From Chitinophaga pinensis (lineage in GTDB: Bacteria; Bacteroidota; Bacteroidia; Flavobacteriales_D; Crocinitomicaceae), in contig CALPMT020000008.1 of the NCBI GenBank assembly GCA_943324745.2, positions 27,715-91,714 on the forward strand: a DNA stretch of 64,000 nucleotides. Direction: 5' to 3'. Every line of letters starts with the position of its first letter. Position 1 is the first letter of the stretch. The notes under the pieces are model-generated. The model saw nothing but the letters and a program-made list of their open reading frames with translations, had not been told where the DNA came from and searched no databases. Below are positions 1-6,412 of this stretch, piece by piece. The position numbers and the translations under genes are program-made.

Positions 1-56
1 GTATAATTTAAATTTCCATAGTACAAAGGATAGGCATTTGAAGGGTAAATAAAATT

Positions 57-97
57 AAACTCCACTAAAAACAATTCGAGTGGAGTTTGTTTTTTTT
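57..97 (+). terminator. Rho-independent terminator-like hairpin, probably closing a + strand gene upstream of the window; it abuts the stop of the minus-strand gene at 96
   Basis: AAACTCCAC (57-65), 14-nt loop, GTGGAGTTT (80-88), then G plus a T8 run (90-97). Confidence 0.55.
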
Positions 98-680
98 ATT
101 TCTTTAAAATTATCTCATAATACTTATGCTTATTCGAAACCGGAGAAGTCTCAGGAAAAGGAACGACGTACACTTTCATTGTTCGTCCTAGGAAATTTGT
201 TTCACCTAAATAGTCGTATGCAATCTCATCATCTTCATTTTTTCTAGACTTCCAAATTTGCTTTAAGGTTTCGTCCATTTTTAAAAATTCATCGGTAACA
301 CGTTTTCCCATTAACACAATCTTATCTGGGTCAGCATTTTTCAAGCGGTCTTTCAAACTTTCCAAATGCGATGATTCTACCTTCACAGAATTCGAATTTT
401 TACTTGTTATAGCGTTATCATCAATCATATCTGTAAACCCCAAACCATCCGGGTATGCAGATAAGTTTCCGGAAATAAAAACTTCACTGGCCATGTGTTC
501 GAATGGATAGGTGTTTTCTGTACGCGTACATTCACTTATTAACCCAGCATCCTTAAGTATTTTCCAAAAATGAACGCGCGTACAAAAAACGGAACCGATA
601 TTTAGCGCTTCTTCAGTTGCATTTAATCCTATAAAAACAATTCCATTTTTACCTGCTAAAAATTTTGTGTGTATTGACAT
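96..680 (-). CDS. Uracil-DNA glycosylase superfamily protein, family-2 (MUG/TDG)-like, divergent
   Basis: By-eye alignment to E. coli Mug: IVFIGLNATEEALNIGSVFCTRVHFWKILKDAGLI vs [42 protein letters not shown] vs GVTKLVD; IVLMGKRVTDEF vs LAILGKQAYEQGF; VYVVPFPETSPVS vs IWVLPNPSGLS. The Asn of GINPG is retained (GLNAT). Confidence 0.6.
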   Translation of the reverse strand: MSIHTKFLAGKNGIVFIGLNATEEALNIGSVFCTRVHFWKILKDAGLISECTRTENTYPFEHMASEVFISGNLSAYPDGLGFTDMIDDNAITSKNSNSVKVESSHLESLKDRLKNADPDKIVLMGKRVTDEFLKMDETLKQIWKSRKNEDDEIAYDYLGETNFLGRTMKVYVVPFPETSPVSNKHKYYEIILKK

Positions 681-740
681 AATAGTATAGATTTTAAAAT
701 TAATTAATGAAAAAATATTTGATAATAAACGAGTTAAATA

Positions 741-1193
741 TTATTCAAAAGTACCTAACTCTTTTAAATAATTCCTTAGTAAAATCGTGAGATAATTTAA
801 TACAAAATCACATTCAAGGATTGGTTCTTGGTAATTGAATAGTACTTCATCTACTATTTCGTAGTCATCTAATTCTGTTAAATTAGAGGAAGGATTAAAG
901 ATGTTGTAAATGTGTTTTTCAAGTAGGAATCGTCGTGTGTAATTTAGTTTCAGTGCAAGTTGATTATCGACTACTTCAAAATATAAATTAATAATGAATG
1001 GTTTATGAATTGATTTTGAGATTTTAAAAACATAGCAATCGACTTTTCTGTCAAATTTTACATGCAATTGCTCTTTTTCAATTTCTTTTCTCCAGGAGGA
1101 GATCCATAAAAACAATTGATGATTCCATTCAGAGACTAAAAAAAATCCATTTTCAGCATGTAATTTTTCGACATTTTTTTTCCAACTTTCCAT
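741..1193 (-). CDS. Hypothetical cytoplasmic protein, paralogue A of a two-member family (immunity-protein-like)
   Basis: 150 aa, ATG start, no signal peptide. Shares the MESWKKN/MENWKRN start, a W-x3-L-x2-W-x3-W motif and C-terminal DFVLNYLTIL/EFVLSYLNIL with 2031..2450. Confidence 0.6.
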   Translation of the reverse strand: MESWKKNVEKLHAENGFFLVSEWNHQLFLWISSWRKEIEKEQLHVKFDRKVDCYVFKISKSIHKPFIINLYFEVVDNQLALKLNYTRRFLLEKHIYNIFNPSSNLTELDDYEIVDEVLFNYQEPILECDFVLNYLTILLRNYLKELGTFE

Positions 1194-1291
1194 ATTCTTT
1201 TAGATTAAGTGTTACATATAAATAAGGAATGATTTATTTCAAATGTGACATTATCACTCAAAATAAATTTTTAATTAAAATTAAAACAGTA

Positions 1292-2008
1292 TTATAGATA
1301 GTAATAATTGTGTCGGAATCTCTTTTTTACCAATATAACAACATTAATACTTTGACTATTTTTATGGGTAAAGACACAAATTTGAAGATTTCTCAAACGC
1401 TTACTTCCTAAATCTTTTTTTAGTTTTTTGTTTTCAGAAATACCAACAACTATGTTTTTTAAAATCAGATCATCACATATATAGTTTAAGTGTCGCATCA
1501 TCAAACTTTTTTTGGAATAGTAGACATACGCCTTAGCGAAGTCTTCAAGAAATTCATCTTGCCACAAAGTATCCAATTTTAAATGATTATTGAACTTTAC
1601 ATTGTTTATTAAATACAACGTATCTATTAAAGCATAATTAAATGGGATAAAAGTTCCTAGTGTATCTATGGAGGAAACATTAACTCCCCAAGATTTTAAA
1701 AATTCGAATTCTACTTTCGTTGGATTGATTTTAAAATCAATGTGATCTTCGGAAGTGTATTTTAAATTACCATTTTCATCATATGCAGTTTCATCGTAAT
1801 AGTAAAAATGATATGGGTTTTGTTCCAATTCTAACGCTCTTTCTTTTTCTGCTTTTGCGATAGAGTCTTGCATCCTTTTTTCTTTGAAAATTTGGAGAAT
1901 GGCCTTTATTTTTTTTGTGTCTCGTATATTTACGGTTACGGATTTATCTGTTTGACCAAGTAAACAAAAACTTGTAAAAATTAAAAATGTCATCGTTAAA
2001 AGTTTCAT
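1292..2008 (-). CDS. Hypothetical secreted protein or lipoprotein
   Basis: 238 aa; N-terminal hydrophobic segment MKLLTMTFLIFTSFCLLGQ (signal peptide, possible lipobox Cys); no recognisable domain. Confidence 0.55.
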   Translation of the reverse strand: MKLLTMTFLIFTSFCLLGQTDKSVTVNIRDTKKIKAILQIFKEKRMQDSIAKAEKERALELEQNPYHFYYYDETAYDENGNLKYTSEDHIDFKINPTKVEFEFLKSWGVNVSSIDTLGTFIPFNYALIDTLYLINNVKFNNHLKLDTLWQDEFLEDFAKAYVYYSKKSLMMRHLNYICDDLILKNIVVGISENKKLKKDLGSKRLRNLQICVFTHKNSQSINVVILVKKRFRHNYYYL

Positions 2009-2030
2009 AGTATTTAGTTTTAAAGGTGAA

Positions 2031-2450
2031 TTATAAATGATTGTATTTTGTATAATAGTTTATAAACAAAATGTTAAGGTAGGATAGCACAAATTCTTTT
2101 TCATGAATTGGGTCTGTTTTTCTGGATATTTCTTCAATGGTATTTGTATATGTTTCAGTTTGATGATCGTAATGTAGCGTATATTCTATCCATAAAATTT
2201 GATCATAAAGAGCCGTTTGTTCATCAAACTTTAAAAAATAGTATAAACTAATTGTTTGTTCGATATCATTTGAAAGTGAGATTTCAATATCCTTTCCATT
2301 ATTTTTTACTTGAATATTACCAAGCTTAATTTGTCCCATAAACTCCCCCCATTCTTCGACCCATTCTTCTAGTAGTTTATTCCATCCTATGTAGAGGATT
2401 AACTCTTCTTTATGAAGGAATTCCAAAATGTTTCTTTTCCAATTTTCCAT
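2031..2450 (-). CDS. Hypothetical cytoplasmic protein, paralogue B of 741..1193 (immunity-protein-like)
   Basis: 139 aa; same N- and C-terminal signatures as 741..1193; only 22 nt upstream of the secreted-protein gene. Confidence 0.6.
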   Translation of the reverse strand: MENWKRNILEFLHKEELILYIGWNKLLEEWVEEWGEFMGQIKLGNIQVKNNGKDIEISLSNDIEQTISLYYFLKFDEQTALYDQILWIEYTLHYDHQTETYTNTIEEISRKTDPIHEKEFVLSYLNILFINYYTKYNHL

Positions 2451-2487
2451 GGTTATTTTTTTTTAATAATTAGTGAAAAATGGTGAT

Positions 2488-2850
2488 TCAATCGGCATAA
2501 GCCAATTGAATCTGAAGTTTAGATATGAGGTAAGTAGAAAGCATATCTTTTAAGTAGTTGACACCTTTTAAACGAAGTGATTCTCTCAAATTTTCATCTG
2601 AACGGATTAATGAAATTGTTGTAGGTTTTTGAAGGTGAGAGGGAAGTGTTGAAATAATTAGAGTGCCAGAAGATTTAGGTATCTTTTTTAATAATTGATT
2701 AAAAGACTCTCTTATGTGATTTTCATTTTCAATGAATGCATAATCAAAACCAGACTTTTTTTGAGAATTTGGATTTGTTTTAATGCGATTTTTGGTAATT
2801 GAAAAAGTTAAATTGTTTGTGGAATTAATTTGAATAGTTTTCATAATCAT
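2488..2850 (-). CDS. Hypothetical protein
   Basis: 120-aa ORF with ATG at 2850 and 2844, co-directional, 37 nt from the next gene; no motif recognised. Confidence 0.45.
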   Translation of the reverse strand: MIMKTIQINSTNNLTFSITKNRIKTNPNSQKKSGFDYAFIENENHIRESFNQLLKKIPKSSGTLIISTLPSHLQKPTTISLIRSDENLRESLRLKGVNYLKDMLSTYLISKLQIQLAYAD

Positions 2851-3036
2851 AAAAGTTTTAAGTAAATATTAGTTATATATTTAATTAAGCTGTGTGACTA
2901 TGATTATGTGACAATAAATTTTAATAAATTTTAATAAAATTTATAATAACCTCAAATACATTATTTTATTTTTAAATTTTATCTCAAATGAAATTTAAAT
3001 GAACTCAATTCTCAATGCAAATAGAAATAGTACGTA

Positions 3037-3681
3037 TCAATAAAACATATCTCGTCGGTAAATAAACTCGCTTCGAGCTCCTAATGGAAAATCTTGTTTA
3101 TCTTCATTAAAATAGAGATACCTTCTTGTATAAATTTTTGTGATGTTTAGTTCTTTTCGATATTCAGCTATTTGTTTTTTTATCTCTTTATTTTCTCTAC
3201 CATGTAGGGAAATAGAGTGATTTCTACCCTTTATTTTATCTTTTCCAGACACAACTACATACATCTTTTTAATGTAAAACACATCTAATACTTCAAATAA
3301 ATCCATAGCGTATTTGGGTATACGACTTTCAGTTGCAATATAATCTTGGTTATCTTCCATATACTCTTTTGGTCCATTTTTCATATTTGGATCAATATAC
3401 CAGTCTGCGTCGAACAAGGTGGTGTCAATGCGCCAATAATCATATTTAATTAGATTCTCATTACGAAAGGTATCATTGTAAATCTCGAGACAAAACGGGT
3501 AGAATAATGTGATTTTTTTTCCGTGATTATTTGCGAAGACGCAATTATGTTCACTTTTATCAGGTCGTAAGCCAAATTTAAAAATTGTATCTCTATTCTC
3601 TCGTAATGTTACATGCCAAACAAACATCTGAGGGATGATTTTTTTGATACCAGGTACATCGGCTAAATTTTTGTAATTCAT
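3037..3681 (-). CDS. Hypothetical protein (214 aa)
   Basis: Long ORF with ATG start and coding-like composition; no confident domain assignment. Confidence 0.55.
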   Translation of the reverse strand: MNYKNLADVPGIKKIIPQMFVWHVTLRENRDTIFKFGLRPDKSEHNCVFANNHGKKITLFYPFCLEIYNDTFRNENLIKYDYWRIDTTLFDADWYIDPNMKNGPKEYMEDNQDYIATESRIPKYAMDLFEVLDVFYIKKMYVVVSGKDKIKGRNHSISLHGRENKEIKKQIAEYRKELNITKIYTRRYLYFNEDKQDFPLGARSEFIYRRDMFY

Positions 3682-3782
3682 AGTTATAGATTTTAATTAT
3701 TAAACATTAAGAAACCACTATTAAGGAACTATATCACTATTTCATTCAATTCATAGATTATACTATTATTAAACAATTAGAT

Positions 3783-4337
3783 TTACTTTTTTATAAGCAC
3801 TCCAAAATCAACATTAACCGAATAAACATAATCATTATCTATTTTTTTAGCACTTTTCACTATTGCTACACCTACTATATTGGTGAATTCTGAAGATAGA
3901 TCTTCGCAAAGCATTATTTCTTTATGCTTTGGGGAACTGTCAAAAGCTGTAATCATCCTATTAGCAATTTCAGTGATAGTTGCAATATTTTTTATAGGTT
4001 AATATGCTATTTGAATCTCACTCCAAATATTTTTATTTGGAAGCATTTCAATCCTTTGACCGAAAGTTAGTTCAATATGATCTTTTATATCAAATTGCTC
4101 GTCATGTGGTAATTTATCATAATGCACTACATGAATTAAATTGGAGCATTGAACAAGATACTTGGCATGATATCGGGCTACTTGGGAAACTTGCGAGTCA
4201 TATTTAACGGGACCTAATTTATGTTGTTTACGATAAACATTAAGTTGTTTAATAAATTCGGTTTCTAAAGTAGATTGTGCGTTTGACTTTTCTGCAAAAA
4301 GTGACAGTATACAAATCACATAAAATAATTTTTTCAT
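3783..4337 (-). pseudogene. CAP/SCP (YkwD-like) secreted protein gene interrupted by one in-frame TAA
   Basis: The track ORF (4337-3999) has a signal peptide plus a CAP N-terminal half (LNVYRKQHKLGPVKYDSQVSQVARYHAKYL). After the TAA at 4001-3999 the same frame stays open to a TAA at 3785-3783. It encodes the CAP C-terminal half (AFDSSPKHKEIML...IVGVAIVKS...YVYSVNVDFG). Confidence 0.7.
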
Positions 4338-4433
4338 AATAATTTGATTTTAAATGATTAATGATTTTATTAATTCTCATTTGACCAATATTTCGTAAAA
4401 ATTTCATTAGTATATTTTGAAGAAAACAAAATT

Positions 4434-4916
4434 TCATATAGAAAAACATTTTTCTAAAATTTCCATCGTTTTGTTTTCAATACCAGGGTATTTTGACTCT
4501 CTATTTCCAGCCACATTTAAAATTATTTTTCTAGATTTTTTGTTAAAAATTTCTTGCACAAAATTCACTATTTTTTCGGAAGCATCTAGATCGTTAATAT
4601 CCACTAATACATACTCTTTCTCGAATTTTTCACAGATTTTTTTAGTTAAATCAGAACCTCTAGATTTTACCCCAGTTAGTATAACAGTAGCATCTGTTTT
4701 ACGTACATTTTGTTCCGTTCTATCTTTATAATCAGATTTAGTAGACTCATACATACTATATCTAACTTTAAGACTAAGATCTATTCCGTCTTCAGTTTTA
4801 CACCCTTTAGGTAAACAACCACCAGTAGCGATTCCTGCTTTTTTTGCTGCTTTTAGAGCACCTAGATCTACACCAGTTTGACCGCCTGATACAATTTTTA
4901 ATGTTAAATTTTTCAT
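4434..4916 (-). CDS. SLOG-superfamily protein, putative molybdenum-carrier / YpsA-like family
   Basis: N-terminal KIVSGGQTGVDLGALKAAKKAGIATGGCLPKG matches the SGGQTGVD..AL...GG..P.G signature of that family (from memory, Pfam PF12694-like); 160 aa stand-alone. Confidence 0.6.
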   Translation of the reverse strand: MKNLTLKIVSGGQTGVDLGALKAAKKAGIATGGCLPKGCKTEDGIDLSLKVRYSMYESTKSDYKDRTEQNVRKTDATVILTGVKSRGSDLTKKICEKFEKEYVLVDINDLDASEKIVNFVQEIFNKKSRKIILNVAGNRESKYPGIENKTMEILEKCFSI

Positions 4917-5251
4917 AAATAATGTTTAAGAGTTTATATTTCCTTATCATTATTTATAAGTGTAGTTTCATTAAAATTGTGTCAAAAAAAAGTGTAAATT
5001 AATTTATATTTTGAAAATAAATTATTAACTATCATTTGTTGAGTTAGTTAACTTATTTCTTTTTTATCTGAATATTTGTTAAAACATCAATAGTTAATGT
5101 TTCATTATGGTGTTTGATTGATTTCAAAGGAAAATATACTCTTGTAAAAAATAATACTTACTTGATTAGAAATTCTATAAAAGGCGAGTAATAATATATG
5201 CGTGATATATTATTAAAATCTAAAAGTTTATTTTTTTCAATTTTTCATACA

Positions 5252-5286
5252 AATAAAAAACGCTCCTACAATAAGTAAGAGCGTTT
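5252..5286 (-). terminator. Rho-independent terminator closing the 11187-5313 operon
   Basis: On the minus strand: AAACGCTC, 13-nt loop, GAGCGTTT, then TTTATTTG; it starts 26 nt after the stop at 5313. Confidence 0.7.
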
Positions 5287-5312
5287 GTTTTATTTAGTTG
5301 TTTTATTAAAGT

Positions 5313-6395
5313 TTAAGGTAAATCAAAAGCATTTCTAATGAATAGTTCATGGGGATTTTGATTGGTAGCATCATAAGTACAACATAGAAAATATGGTTGT
5401 TGGGTGGGGGGAGGTAAACTCCCTTTTAAACTTAGACTATTAGGAATTGTATGACAAATTAAACTATGTAATAAAGGTAAAGTACCTATATTAATTTTAT
5501 ACGCAAGATAATGATGCACGGTTGGTGGACCACTGAATGCAACTTTTATATTAGTATTTATATCAGCATTTTGATCCTCTTTTAAACCTATTAAAATATC
5601 ACCAATTTTAGTTTGAAGTCGTTTATAAAAAAAGTCTGATACACCTTTAGATTTAATTTTTTCCTTATATTACTTGTAAATTTTAAAGAAAATGGAAATA
5701 AATCAATTAATAAATATCCTTCTTTTGCAAGTTCTAATAATAGATTTATTTTTTCATTTGAATTTGTAGGTTTAGCGTAAGCAATTCTTGTTGGCTTTGA
5801 ATCACGAAAAGCCTTTACTGGAGCACTTAACCAAGATGTAGAATCCAAATGATTTATATTATAGAAATAAGTTTCTCCAGAACTAGGTGCAGCTTCACCG
5901 ATCATAACGTATTTAAGAGTTTGCTTAGTCAATTTGTTTCCATCACTATCTATTAGTTCTCCAATTTCATTAAAAAACGGATGTGGATAATACCAATCAC
6001 TACATAATTTAGGACCTCTGGTTTTTCGTGTGTCCTTACCTCTAAAAATGTCTAAATAATCTTCAAACATATTTTCTCTAATTAAATAGTCATAATTGTC
6101 GTCAGGGCAATTATTTGGGTTGTCATTTTCTTTTAGAGTTCTTCTAATAGCTAGACTTTTAAAATGATCGTCCCACAATTCTTTATACATATTCCTTTGT
6201 AACATGAATCCAGGGGTTTGCTGAAGTTTCTCTCTTAATCTAGATAATATTTTACGACCAAATTCTTCACTAATTACCAAGTTCAACCCATTTTTGTTGA
6301 ATAAGTGCAATAAACTTGTAGGATTCATCTTCGGAATAGGAACAATTAATTAATAGTTCAAAATATTCTTTTTCTTTTTTTGTTAAGTTATACAT
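5313..6395 (-). pseudogene. Frameshifted gene (two frame changes): sigma-70 region-4-like HTH module plus a C-terminal domain with UDG-like motifs
   Basis: ATG 6395 gives MYNLTKKEKEYFELLINCSYSEDES...WVELGN, then TAG at 6272-6270. The paralogue alignment continues in track ORF 6328-5591. A third frame is open 5669-5313 and overlaps across an A6 run (5657-5662). Motifs: YVMIGEAAPSSG, LIDLFPF, CHTIPNSLS. Confidence 0.6.
6210..6384. repeat. Direct repeat copy 1 (HTH-encoding module shared with 7875..8065)
   Basis: Aligns with 7875-8065 apart from one 21-nt indel; the 48-nt core 6321-6368 vs 8006-8053 is 45/48 identical. Confidence 0.8.
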
Positions 6396-6412
6396 GATTA
6401 TGAAATTGTTAA

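Noticed and set aside
3037-3681. Possible ADP-ribosyltransferase/Tpt1-like motif (VWHVTLRENRDTIFKFGLRP) in the 214-aa protein
   Set aside because: Only one short H-x-T...GL segment resembles the ART-fold N-terminus. I could not find the downstream Y/E motifs, so it remains hypothetical.
4004-4731. Track ORFs 4004..4207(+), 4249..4449(-) and 4417..4731(+)
   Set aside because: They overlap the CAP-domain gene or the SLOG gene on the opposite strand or out of frame. Their low-complexity, Phe/Ile/Ser-rich translations are typical of shadow ORFs in AT-rich DNA.
5313-5519. The 68-aa track ORF as an independent gene
   Set aside because: Its frame is open upstream to 5669 with no ATG; the listed start is a GTG. 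It continues the frameshifted gene 6395-5313, so it is treated as that gene's C-terminus.
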